Positions 37,401-45,282 of a DNA stretch of 64,000 nucleotides are shown here, in pieces. Positions within the stretch are counted from its first letter, which is position 1, and each line of letters begins with the position of its first letter. The notes under the pieces were generated by a model. It made no database searches, had not been told where the DNA came from, and saw only the letters and a list, made by a program, of their open reading frames with translations. Source of the stretch: Candidatus Krumholzibacteriia bacterium. GTDB taxonomy: Bacteria; Krumholzibacteriota; Krumholzibacteriia; WVZY01; JAKEHA01. The stretch is from the NCBI GenBank assembly GCA_029865265.1, contig JAOUHG010000004.1, positions 89,835 to 153,834 of the forward strand, written 5' to 3'. The position numbers and the translations under genes were made by a program.

Positions 37401-38640
37401 GGTGGCACACGGCCTCAGCGTCGAGCCCACGGACGTCGATGACACGCCGCGCGAATGGCAGAGCCTGCACGTGGAAGCCACCACGGTGGGCGAAAAGGGA
37501 GAGATCGCGGTTCTGTCGCTCGACGGCATCATCGACACGGTCAGCGCGGAGAAGTTGCGCGCGTCCGTCGACCAGATCATCTCCAACGGCCGCAACAAGA
37601 TCGTGGTGGACATGTCGCAGGTCGAGTACGTGTCCAGCGGTGGCTGGGGTGTCTTTACCGAGCGCCTGCGCGAGGTGCGCCGCGCGGGCGGCGACGTGAA
37701 GCTCTTCGGCATGGACCCCGACGTCTACTACGTGTTCACCATGCTCGGTTTCAACATCGTCCTGTCGTCGTTCGACATCCTCGTCGACGCCATCGAGGAC
37801 TTCCAGCGGCCCGCGCCGGCCATGGAGCATGATGGCGTCGATATCGCGCCGGTTCCGGTTGCGGATACGACGGACTACGAGGGGCGGGGACGCGTCGAGG
37901 CCAGCGTCCCCGGCATGGACATCGTATGGGAGGACGGGCCCGGTGGCATCCGCATCGCGCGCCTCTCGGGCATCATCGAGACCACGGCGGTCTCGCTGCT
38001 GGCCGACGAGATCGCCCGCGAGGTCGTGTCCGCACCGGAGGCGATCATCTTCGACCTGAGCCGCGTCGAGTACGTTTCCAGCGCCGGCTGGGGCCAGTTT
38101 GCGCATGCCTACGAGGGAGTGGGTGCGGTGGCGCTGGTGGGGCTGGATCCGGACCTGTACGAGGTCTACGAGTGTCTCGAGTTCCGGGCCTTCATTCGCG
38201 CCTACGCCACAGACGCGGAGGCCATTGTGGGGCTGGCCGGCGGCACCACCCCGCCGGCACCGGCGCCCGGGGCTCCGTCTGCGCAGGCGCCCGAGGCGGT
38301 GCGGCGCGACACGCACATGGACGGGATCGACGACGTCCTGGAGGGGGACACCGCGTCGCGGGTACCCGCACCGGACCCGTTCGACGGCGAGGCCTACCCG
38401 GCCCCGGCGCCCGCGGACCCCGAGGAGGAGCCGGAATGGCGCCACCGCTCGTGGGATGGGGTGGTCAAGCCCCCGGCCGACCTGGACGTAAACGCCTCCC
38501 GGCCGGACGAACGCGTGGATCAGGACCGAAAATTGCGTTCCATGGGCTGGGACTCCTATGGTGAGCGGCTGCGCAAGCGTTCCGGGGACGGCGGCGGTGG
38601 GGACGATGGCGGGGAGCCCGACGGGGGCGGCGACGCATGA
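34417..38640 (+). CDS. fused partner-switching megaprotein: RsbW/SpoIIAB-like Ser kinase (HATPase_c), TM, periplasmic segment, TM plus HAMP, PP2C/SpoIIE phosphatase, HTH, 3x STAS (anti-sigma antagonist) domains
   Basis: GTG 34417 lies 2 nt after the previous stop. N-terminus LAVDEACTNIIKHAY...GGFGVFLINRLMDGVEYH (anti-sigma kinase fold). Two hydrophobic helices. HAMP-like IQILTDGVRAIGDGNLEGKLDV. PP2C: QIQQSLLP...GGDYYDFV...VVADVSGKGVPGSL...YTDGVTEA. HTH: VKEACQQMRVSPATYYRYKRRL. Three STAS units, each with (D/V)(L/M)S.VEYVSS(G/A)GWG.F. Confidence 0.8.
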   Translation: MSRPSAAVEKKLSRDLTVVAEDSQLGRVRDFVVEVCEGAGFSPREVSNTKLAVDEACTNIIKHAYDGSGEPGSITVIAEIDSGKVKFRLQDRGKHFDFSGVKDPDLDQYVETGRKGGFGVFLINRLMDGVEYHATDTGNELVLTKRSQATFSASVLPGRLPARGTLRFKFMVRASSGLLALVTVIGVVMFVRQTQDIKAQQATQWIEKSRLTESLARRSVSALMDPNEYSLEQTNLTSELSKMVAANDEIAYARVVDALGNIRASATVDEVFQPYRAPQAQLLLDDGRVTWSRLEMDGRGVRDIAVSVSVQNPGGAAFDIGVLHLGVFEDGVVGAIEDTRLQTMLLLVALFGVGVLLILGLVQVFVRPIQILTDGVRAIGDGNLEGKLDVRGPAEIGAIAGVFNEITEKFKKAQTSILEQEKMQKEIEVAKQIQQSLLPRNRPEISGYDIAPLYQAAAEVGGDYYDFVQVDDDTIGVVVADVSGKGVPGSLVMTMIRTALRMEARGNRNASDVMAKMNAFVTDDMKKGMFVTMFYVILDSKNRVISYASAGHNPMILYRHETKETFFLNPRGFPVGISLPDESLFRRSISLEKIRLKKDDMLVIYTDGVTEAMNMRRDQYGEDRLVDMVRSYGHMSPEQFIARLDEDIRRFTGDYPQSDDITVVAVKEKMTADDVLFGIRRKLLDLVDVQGMSVKEACQQMRVSPATYYRYKRRLDLMGERGLRNDQLRDDMSLKRVSLEARKRIIRIIVANPEFGAKRITNEYNDGRDENQQITERMVYEELKRLNLNTRDLRLDYLRRNRLIDEEGKPLPPGAREPEAAGRPSEAIDELLRDIPGVSLSRDAGEAAAKPAPETADAARTRPDAMGVAASSSAGITEIRLNGHLDSASSAGLEKRLRDMIAAGATRILVDLSDVSYVSSGGWGIFVGEVHGLRSRGGDIVLSGMTPEVYDVYELLGFADVLRAFKSIAEAREYLSLPADQRPAPGPGLSPDEVAVAHGLSVEPTDVDDTPREWQSLHVEATTVGEKGEIAVLSLDGIIDTVSAEKLRASVDQIISNGRNKIVVDMSQVEYVSSGGWGVFTERLREVRRAGGDVKLFGMDPDVYYVFTMLGFNIVLSSFDILVDAIEDFQRPAPAMEHDGVDIAPVPVADTTDYEGRGRVEASVPGMDIVWEDGPGGIRIARLSGIIETTAVSLLADEIAREVVSAPEAIIFDLSRVEYVSSAGWGQFAHAYEGVGAVALVGLDPDLYEVYECLEFRAFIRAYATDAEAIVGLAGGTTPPAPAPGAPSAQAPEAVRRDTHMDGIDDVLEGDTASRVPAPDPFDGEAYPAPAPADPEEEPEWRHRSWDGVVKPPADLDVNASRPDERVDQDRKLRSMGWDSYGERLRKRSGDGGGGDDGGEPDGGGDA

Positions 38641-39374
38641 GGAAGCTGGCGATCATCACCTCCAAGGGCGGGACCGGCAAGACCACCACCGCCATCAATC
38701 TGGGGCACGGTCTTGCGCTGTGCGGCAAAAAAGTGCTGATCGTCGATTGCGATCCGCAGCGCAACGTGGCCATCGCCTTTGACGTGCGGGCGGGCAAGAC
38801 CCTGTGCAACCTGCTGCAACACGGCGAGGTGGAAGTAATCGAGGTGCGCAAGAACCTCTACGTGATCGATTCGGGTGGGCGCGAGCTGGCCGAGATCGAG
38901 ATGCTGCTGGCCTCGCAGTCGAGCCGCGACCGCCGGCTGGATCTGGCGCTCAAGAATTTGCGCGGGTGCGACGTCGTCATATGTGACTGTTCGCCCACGG
39001 TGAATCTGATCAACATCAACGCCATCGTCTTCGCCGACGAGGTGATCATTCCCGTGAGCATGGATTATCTGGCGCAGGCGGGAGCCCGTCAAACTATGCA
39101 GATTATCGATGAGATTAACGAGCACTCGGTGCGCAAGACGTCGATCATGGGCATCCTGCCCACTTTCTACGACTCGCGCACACGGCTCTCGGCCGACGTG
39201 CTCGGTTCGTTGCGGGAGCGTTTCGAGGAGAAGGTGTTCAAGAGCGTGATTCGCACCAATACGTCGTTGCGCGAGGCGCCGAGTTTTAACCAGACCATTT
39301 TCGAGTACTCGCCCATGTCGCGCGGTGCGTTCGACTACTATCAGTTGACCGAGGAAGTGCTGACCCGTGTCTGA
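38637..39374 (+). CDS. ParA/MinD-family P-loop ATPase
   Basis: ATGA overlap with the previous gene. Deviant Walker A KGGTGKTTTAINLG. DCDPQ motif. About 245 aa. Confidence 0.85.
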   Translation: MRKLAIITSKGGTGKTTTAINLGHGLALCGKKVLIVDCDPQRNVAIAFDVRAGKTLCNLLQHGEVEVIEVRKNLYVIDSGGRELAEIEMLLASQSSRDRRLDLALKNLRGCDVVICDCSPTVNLININAIVFADEVIIPVSMDYLAQAGARQTMQIIDEINEHSVRKTSIMGILPTFYDSRTRLSADVLGSLRERFEEKVFKSVIRTNTSLREAPSFNQTIFEYSPMSRGAFDYYQLTEEVLTRV

Positions 39375-39639
39375 ACGACGGCGCAAGTCCCTGGGGCGCG
39401 ATCCTTTCGAAGATAGCAAGGAATCGCACGAGACCGAGACGGTGAAGAAGCTCATCCGGGGCAAGTCGCCGCTTGCGCCCGACGCGCGCCAGGTCGAGGT
39501 CGTGGTACGGCTAACACCGGCAACGCTGAAGCACATCGACCGGGTGGCGGCGCAGCTCGCAGCGCGGGGACGCAAGATTTCGCGCGACGAACTGATTCGA
39601 ATCGCCATTTCGCTGCTGTCGGCGGAGGACGTCGTCTAG
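39367..39639 (+). CDS. small hypothetical protein (possible ParA partner, ribbon-helix-helix-like C-terminus)
   Basis: Overlaps the ParA-like stop. 90 aa. C-terminal ISRDELIRIAISLL resembles RHH/ParG-like partners. No homology is certain. Confidence 0.45.
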   Translation: MSERRRKSLGRDPFEDSKESHETETVKKLIRGKSPLAPDARQVEVVVRLTPATLKHIDRVAAQLAARGRKISRDELIRIAISLLSAEDVV

Positions 39640-39682
39640 TCATGTTGTGGACGGATGGCGCAAGTCGTATAGTAGGGGAGTC

Positions 39683-40819
39683 ATGAGAGGGGTTACGGCA
39701 ATGGAGAGCTACGACCATCGTAGCGAAATCCAGTCCAGCGGAACGCGCTACCTGATTCAGTCGAGTCTGGTGCCGGCGCAGCGTGCCGTGGTGACGTCGC
39801 TGTTTCTCGAGGGTGCGCTGCTCTCCCGGCACACCGAGCGCTACGAGGGAGAACTGACCCCGGACGCCATGCGCGGCCTGGTGCGCCGTGCGCACGACAC
39901 CTACCGGCTGCGCCTGACCTCGCTGCTCGATCTGCGCGACCGTCTCAAGAAGGACGTGGATGGCCGCGCCCACCTCAAGCTGGGCGAGGCCCTGTACGGG
40001 GAGCGTCTGTTTCGCGAGGCCATGGCGGAGGTCATCCGCTCCATCAAGCTGGGGCTGGAGGACGCGGTTGGCTATTCCATCCTCGGAAACTGCCTGTTGT
40101 CGGTCGGCGACAGCGAGAAGGCGGTGCGCGCCTTCCAGAAGGGGCTGGAACTGGCCCCGGCCTACGCAGACCTGCACAACGACCTGGGCGTGGCCTACCT
40201 CAAGGCCGATCGCTGCCGCGACGCGGCGGCGTGTTTCGAACGCGCCCTCGAGATCAATCGCTATTACCAGAAGGCGCTGATGAACCTGGCGCTGGCGCTC
40301 GCCCGTAACGTGGTCCTCAAGCAGGACTACGACCTGTCGCGTGACCTGCGCGCACGCCTGCGGCGAATTCTGGACCTGAATATCCAGCTCCGGCCGCAAC
40401 TCGAGGGCGAGGACTTCCGGGAGGCGGTGAAGGCGCTCGATGTCGAGCGCTATGACACCGTGTTCGAACGCCTGGCCAAGATCAAGGAAGAGCTGGACAC
40501 GACCGCGGCCAACGATCTGTCCCTGGAAATCTACCTCATCCTGAAGTTCCGGGCCGACGAGCTGACGGAGGGTGACATCGACGGGCTGATCGAGCGTCTC
40601 AATGCGGAACTGGAGGCAAACCCGGGCTTCGCCGACATCCACAACGATCTGGGCGTCCTGTATGCTGCAAAATGCAAGATCCTCGTGGACCAGGCCCACG
40701 AGGCATTCCGACAGGCGCTGGCGCGAAATCCCAACTTCAAGAAGGCGGAAAAGAACCTCCGGCTGGCAGCTAACGATAGGCAGGGCATACACTTCCTGCT
40801 GAAGGCGCTATTGGACTAG
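39683..40819 (+). CDS. tetratricopeptide-repeat protein
   Basis: ATG 39683 preceded by AGGGGAG. Repeated AxxxxxxALxxxPxxxxAxxNLGxxY units (AVRAFQKGLELAPAYADLHNDLGVAYL, AAACFERALEINRYYQKALMNLALAL, AHEAFRQALARNPNFKKAEKNL). Confidence 0.7.
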   Translation: MRGVTAMESYDHRSEIQSSGTRYLIQSSLVPAQRAVVTSLFLEGALLSRHTERYEGELTPDAMRGLVRRAHDTYRLRLTSLLDLRDRLKKDVDGRAHLKLGEALYGERLFREAMAEVIRSIKLGLEDAVGYSILGNCLLSVGDSEKAVRAFQKGLELAPAYADLHNDLGVAYLKADRCRDAAACFERALEINRYYQKALMNLALALARNVVLKQDYDLSRDLRARLRRILDLNIQLRPQLEGEDFREAVKALDVERYDTVFERLAKIKEELDTTAANDLSLEIYLILKFRADELTEGDIDGLIERLNAELEANPGFADIHNDLGVLYAAKCKILVDQAHEAFRQALARNPNFKKAEKNLRLAANDRQGIHFLLKALLD

Positions 40820-40850
40820 CTCTTGCTTATGCCGGGGTTGAGGCAAACTC

Positions 40851-41249
40851 ATGGAAAAACTGATTATCTCCGAAGAGCGTACCAACGCTGCCAACCCGGT
40901 TTCCGTGCTTACCCTGCGCGGTACCATCGAGACGACCAATGCCTCGGGACTCGAGGAGACGCTGGAGCGGATCGTCAACGAGAGCTGCTACCGCATCGTC
41001 GTCGATCTGGGCAGTGTCAGCTACATCAGCTCGGCCGGGTGGGGCATCTTCATCAGCGAGATCAAGCGCATCCGGCGCAACGGCGGCGACATCAAGCTTG
41101 CCGGCATGATGCCCGAGGTGCGCGAGGTATTCGATCTGCTCGAGTTTGGCAACATACTGAAACCGTTCATGAAGACGTCTGAGGCGATTCGTGACTTCGA
41201 AGTTGCGACCGACTCGGGAACACAAGGCGGACCGGCCGGTCGCCGATAG
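40851..41249 (+). CDS. STAS-domain anti-sigma-factor antagonist (RsbV/SpoIIAA-like)
   Basis: SVLTLRGTIETTNASGLEETLERIV...RIVVDLGSVSYISSAGWGIFISEI...DIKLAGMMPEVREVFDLL. Confidence 0.85.
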   Translation: MEKLIISEERTNAANPVSVLTLRGTIETTNASGLEETLERIVNESCYRIVVDLGSVSYISSAGWGIFISEIKRIRRNGGDIKLAGMMPEVREVFDLLEFGNILKPFMKTSEAIRDFEVATDSGTQGGPAGRR

Positions 41250-41284
41250 CGCGCGCGGCGGTCTCATTGCGGGGGATCAAGACC

Positions 41285-41659
41285 ATGGCTGTTGATGGAA
41301 TCGTAGTCAGCGTCACAACCGGCAGTAACGGCGCGGGCGTCTCCGTGCTCAAGGTGAGTGGCTACCTGGACACGACGACCGCGAGCGAACTCGAGACGGC
41401 GCTTTACGGCCTGCTCGATCGCGAGTCGTACCGTATCGTGGTGGACCTCTCCGGCGTCAACTACATCAGCTCCGCTGGCTGGGGCATCTTCATCGGTGAG
41501 ATCAAGCGCATCCGCAACCACGGTGGCGACCTCAAGCTGGCGGGCATGGTGGGCGACGTCCACGAGGTGTTCCAACTGCTCGAATTCCACTCCATCCTGG
41601 AGGCTTTCGGGACCACCGCCGAGGCGATTGACGCATTCAAGTCGAAGAGCGCCGGCTGA
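41285..41659 (+). CDS. STAS-domain anti-sigma-factor antagonist, paralog of previous
   Basis: ATG 41285 preceded by GGGGGA (TTG 41267 is an alternative). VLKVSGYLDTTTASELETALY...RIVVDLSGVNYISSAGWGIFIGEI...DLKLAGMVGDVHEVFQLL. Confidence 0.85.
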   Translation: MAVDGIVVSVTTGSNGAGVSVLKVSGYLDTTTASELETALYGLLDRESYRIVVDLSGVNYISSAGWGIFIGEIKRIRNHGGDLKLAGMVGDVHEVFQLLEFHSILEAFGTTAEAIDAFKSKSAG

Positions 41660-41685
41660 GCCGGGCGCTGTGAATCTGTGCTCCC

Positions 41686-41723
41686 TTCGGGGCCGCGCCG
41701 ACCGCGCGGCCCCGATTTGTTTC
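41686..41723 (+). terminator. Rho-independent terminator of the STAS gene; its T-tract is the IS target site
   Basis: cggggccgcg ccgac cgcggccccg hairpin followed by atttgtttc. The same atttgtttc recurs at 42936-42944 after the IS. Confidence 0.5.
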
Positions 41724-42944
41724 GGTTGTGGCCACGAAATTGTCCCTGGCACGGGGTGTGCCTGTACCGGGACATGGGACCGGGATCGTCGGGATGGGTT
41801 CCTCCCCATTGCCCCAATCCCAACTGCACATACTTCAACACCTTGACGGATGACTGGCCCTTCAAGCGCAAGGGCTTCTACCTGCGCCAGAGGTACCCCC
41901 ACCGTATCCAGCGGTTTACATGTCTGGCCTGCAAGCGTCACTTCAGTACCCAGACCTTCTCGACCTCCTACTGGCAGAAGCGCCCCGATCTCAGCGTCCG
42001 TTGCTTCATGATGGTGGTCGGCTGCATGGGCAACCGACAGATGGCCCGCGCACTGGGTGTCAGCCACGCCAGCATCGCCCACCACGTCGCCCGCCTGGGG
42101 CGGCATTGTCTCCTGCTCCAGGCAAGCGAGCTTGCGCGGATTGAGGATCTTGACGAGATTGCGATCGACGGCTTCGAGACGTTCGAGTGGAGCCAGTACT
42201 TTCCGTTTCATCACAATGTGGCGGTGGACGTTGCCTCGGGCTACTTCCTCTGCCACATCGACAGCGTGCTGCGCCGCAAGGGGCGCATGACCGCGCACCA
42301 GCGGGCGCGCCGCGCGGCTCTCGAGGCCGAGCTGGGGCGGGCGGATCCCCGGGCAGTGGAGGCGGGCATGCGGGAGTTGCTGCAAACCCTCCTGCCCCGG
42401 GGGAAGGCGGTAACCATCCGCAGCGACGAGCATCCGGCCTATCCGCGGGCGATCGTATCCGTTGGTGGCGAGGTGACCCATCAGACCACATCCTCGAAGC
42501 AGCGGCGGGATGAGCGCAATCCATTGTTTGAGATCAACGTGCTCGACCTCTTGATCCGTCACAGCACGGCGGCGCACAAGCGGGAGACGATTGCGTGGGC
42601 GAAGCGGCGGCAGGCGTCGATCGAGAAGCTCGCGATCTTCCAGGTGTGGCGCAACTACGTGAAGCGGCGACGGGAGAAGGGGAACCGGGTGACCTCGGCG
42701 ATGCTTCTTGGGCTGGCAAGCCGGCCGTGGCGGCTTCGGGATCTGCTGAGGGAGCGGCTGTTCTTTGAGAATACGAGGCTCTCAGAACGCTGGCAACAGT
42801 ACTATCGTCGGCGTGTGGAAACCCGGGCGCTGCGGGTCAACCGGGCCCACGAACTGACCTACGCCTTCTAACGACCGCTCCGGGGCAGGATGGCGCGACT
42901 ACGCTCCGCGCAGGGACAATCTCCCGGTCACAACCATTTGTTTC
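41715..42944 (+). mobile_element. IS1/IS1595-like insertion sequence with 25-bp imperfect terminal inverted repeats and 9-bp target-site duplication (ATTTGTTTC)
   Basis: Left IR ggttgtggccacgaaattgtccctg (41724-41748). Right IR cagggacaatctcccggtcacaacc (42911-42935) is its reverse complement with about 4 mismatches. Flanking direct repeats atttgtttc at 41715-41723 and 42936-42944. Element body 1,212 bp with a single transposase ORF. Confidence 0.7.
41774..42871 (+). CDS. IS transposase (N-terminal zinc-ribbon, HTH, DDE-type catalytic domain; IS1/IS1595-like)
   Basis: CPNPNCTYFNT...RFTCLACKRHFS Cys4 ribbon. HTH MARALGVSHASIAHHV. DEIAIDGFETFEWSQYFPFHHNVAVDVASGYFLCH...RSDEHPAYPRA resembles ISXO2/IS1 InsB-type cores. 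First in-frame ATG inside the left IR boundary. Confidence 0.7.
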   Translation: MGPGSSGWVPPHCPNPNCTYFNTLTDDWPFKRKGFYLRQRYPHRIQRFTCLACKRHFSTQTFSTSYWQKRPDLSVRCFMMVVGCMGNRQMARALGVSHASIAHHVARLGRHCLLLQASELARIEDLDEIAIDGFETFEWSQYFPFHHNVAVDVASGYFLCHIDSVLRRKGRMTAHQRARRAALEAELGRADPRAVEAGMRELLQTLLPRGKAVTIRSDEHPAYPRAIVSVGGEVTHQTTSSKQRRDERNPLFEINVLDLLIRHSTAAHKRETIAWAKRRQASIEKLAIFQVWRNYVKRRREKGNRVTSAMLLGLASRPWRLRDLLRERLFFENTRLSERWQQYYRRRVETRALRVNRAHELTYAF

Positions 42945-42978
42945 GGCCCCGCCCCTTTTTAGGGCATCACCGGCAGGG

Positions 42979-45210
42979 GTGAACGTATATAGTGTCGGTA
43001 CGCGCGGACGCCGCGCCGTTCATCCTATGGTCGTCGCTTCATCCACACTGGGTCTTTCCTTTCACGCCTGGGTCGTTCCGCTGGCTGCGGTGCTGGTGGC
43101 GCTCGCCCTGTACGCGTACTGGCGCACGTCGCCTGATGTCTCCGGTCGTCCGCGTTTCGTGCTGACGGTGCTGCGCATTGCGGCGTTCCTGGTGCTCGCA
43201 CTGCTGCTCTTCGACCCCCGTTCCATCTGGCGCGGAAACCGGGTGGAGGACGCACGCGTGGTGGTGCTGGTGGATCGTTCCGCGAGCATGTCGCTACCCG
43301 CGGAAGGCTGGCAGGGGGGCGAGAGCCGGTTCGATGCGGCCCGCCGCGTGGCGGCGGGGATGTCGGACGCGGTTTCCGGCCGTGGCGCGAAGGCCGAGAC
43401 GCTCTTCTTTTCGAGCGACCTCGACGACCGTGGCGGGCAGGACGCCCGTCCGGACCGGCAGGGCACCGATATCGCCCGGGCGCTGGAGAGCGTGACGCGC
43501 CGTTTCGAGGGCGAGAACCTCGCGGCGGTGGTGGTGGTGAGCGATGGGGTGGAAACGGACGCCGCACTGGTGCGCCCGGCGCTGCCGGATGTTCCTGTAT
43601 GGACGGTGGGGGTCGGCGACACGCTGGCGGCCGCGGATGTGCGCCTGGCCGGCGTCGAGTACAGCCCGGTGGTGCGCGCACCCTCGCGTGCCACCATTCG
43701 CGCGCGCGTCGCATCCACCGGCACGACGGTGCGGCGCGTTCACCTGCAACTGAGCGAGAACGGCCGCGTGGTGTTCGAAGCGGACACGTCCCTCGCCGCG
43801 GGCCCGGCCGAGGCTGTGGTGCCGGTGGCGGTGCGGGTGACCGAGCCGGGGCGGCGTGAGTTCGTGCTGACCGTTTCGAGTGACGGCGTGGACACGGAGA
43901 AGGAAAACAACCGCCGCGATGTCGTCATCGAAGTGGAGAAGGCCAGGACGCGCGTGCTGGTGGTCGATCTTGCGCCCACCTGGGAACTGGCGTTCCTGAC
44001 CTCGCTGATCGCGCGCGATCCGGCCTACGAGTGCGAGGTGTTCGTGTCCGGCCGCTGGCCATCGACCCCGGACGGTCGCCTCAAGCGCCCCGCCGAGTTC
44101 ATGCCGGCGCTGGTGGGGGCCGACGCGGTGGTGCTCGCATCCGTCGACGAAACCTTCGTCACGCCGGCGGTGGCGGACGCGTTGCGGCGTTTCGTCACCG
44201 ACCACGGCGGCGGGCTGCTGGTGTTGCCCGGGCCGGGCTCCGCGTTCGAGAACGCCGCCGTATGGCGCGCACTGGCGGACGTGATCCCGTTGCGCGGCGA
44301 CCCGCCGTTTTCCTTCACGCTGCAGTACACGGCGGTGGGTCCCGGGGTGCGCGCGGCGGCCAGTCCCATCACCGCGCCGCTGGTGCCGCTGCTCTCGCAG
44401 ACCGACTGGCAGGAGCGCGCGCCGCTGCTGGGATTCTACGGCGGGCTGGCGCCGACGGCGGCGGGGGAGGTGCTCATCGGCGTTCGCGGCCGCGCGGTGC
44501 CGGCGCTCACCTTCGCCAACTCGGGCAAGGGCCGGGTGGCCGTCATTGCGGCGGGGCCGCTGTGGCGCTGGAAGTTCGTTGCCGAGAGCAACAGCGTCTA
44601 CGACGAACTGATGGCGCGCCTGATCGACGTGCTCACGCGCGGCGAGGAGTCGGGGCGGTTCGTGCTGGTTGCCGACAAGAACGTGTTCGAGGCGGGCGAG
44701 TCGCCGGTGCTGTACGCGGAGATCCTCAACGAGCGTCTGCAGCCGGTCACCGGCGCGCCGGTGCACGTGGAGATTGCGCGTCTCGATTCCGCGGACGTGG
44801 AGACGCCCCTTGCCCAGGCGGCCATGCGGCGCGAATCCCCCGACGCCTCGCGCATGTCCGTCACCCTGGACGCGATGCCGTCGGGGCGCTACGTGGTGCG
44901 TGGCAGCGCCGAACTCGCGGACCGCACCATCGAATCGCGGCCGCTGGAACTGCGCGTGTCGACCTCGTCGGTCGAGTTCCAGCGCACGCCGCAGGATCGC
45001 GAGGCGCTGGCGCGCATCGCCGGGCGCAGCGGGGGTGGATACGCCACGCCGGCCACGGCGCAACAGCTGGCGCCGCGCATGAACCTCGAGCCGCGCACCG
45101 TCCCCACCGTGTCCGAATCGGTGTTGCGCGCGGAGGCGCCGCTGTTCTTGATCCTGCTCGCACTGCTCTCCGCCGAATGGCTGCTGCGCAAACGCAGCGG
45201 GATGATCTAA
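42979..45210 (+). CDS. membrane protein with N-terminal TM region and VWA-like domain (BatA-like)
   Basis: Two N-terminal TM helices, then VVLVDRSASMSLP (vWA MIDAS DxSxS), ...VVVVSDGVETD. C-terminal TM anchor LFLILLALLSAEWLLRKR. Start could be ATG 43027. Confidence 0.55.
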   Translation: MNVYSVGTRGRRAVHPMVVASSTLGLSFHAWVVPLAAVLVALALYAYWRTSPDVSGRPRFVLTVLRIAAFLVLALLLFDPRSIWRGNRVEDARVVVLVDRSASMSLPAEGWQGGESRFDAARRVAAGMSDAVSGRGAKAETLFFSSDLDDRGGQDARPDRQGTDIARALESVTRRFEGENLAAVVVVSDGVETDAALVRPALPDVPVWTVGVGDTLAAADVRLAGVEYSPVVRAPSRATIRARVASTGTTVRRVHLQLSENGRVVFEADTSLAAGPAEAVVPVAVRVTEPGRREFVLTVSSDGVDTEKENNRRDVVIEVEKARTRVLVVDLAPTWELAFLTSLIARDPAYECEVFVSGRWPSTPDGRLKRPAEFMPALVGADAVVLASVDETFVTPAVADALRRFVTDHGGGLLVLPGPGSAFENAAVWRALADVIPLRGDPPFSFTLQYTAVGPGVRAAASPITAPLVPLLSQTDWQERAPLLGFYGGLAPTAAGEVLIGVRGRAVPALTFANSGKGRVAVIAAGPLWRWKFVAESNSVYDELMARLIDVLTRGEESGRFVLVADKNVFEAGESPVLYAEILNERLQPVTGAPVHVEIARLDSADVETPLAQAAMRRESPDASRMSVTLDAMPSGRYVVRGSAELADRTIESRPLELRVSTSSVEFQRTPQDREALARIAGRSGGGYATPATAQQLAPRMNLEPRTVPTVSESVLRAEAPLFLILLALLSAEWLLRKRSGMI

Positions 45211-45282
45211 CCGCCCCGGCTGTTTTACGGTTGCGCCGGGGAGCCGCGCGCGCTACACTGCCATGCGAGGTGGTGGTGTGGT

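Noticed and set aside
45215-45245. Hairpin ccccggctgttttacggttgcgccgggg after the VWA gene as a terminator
   Set aside because: The loop is long (14 nt) and there is no downstream T-tract, so it is too weak to call.
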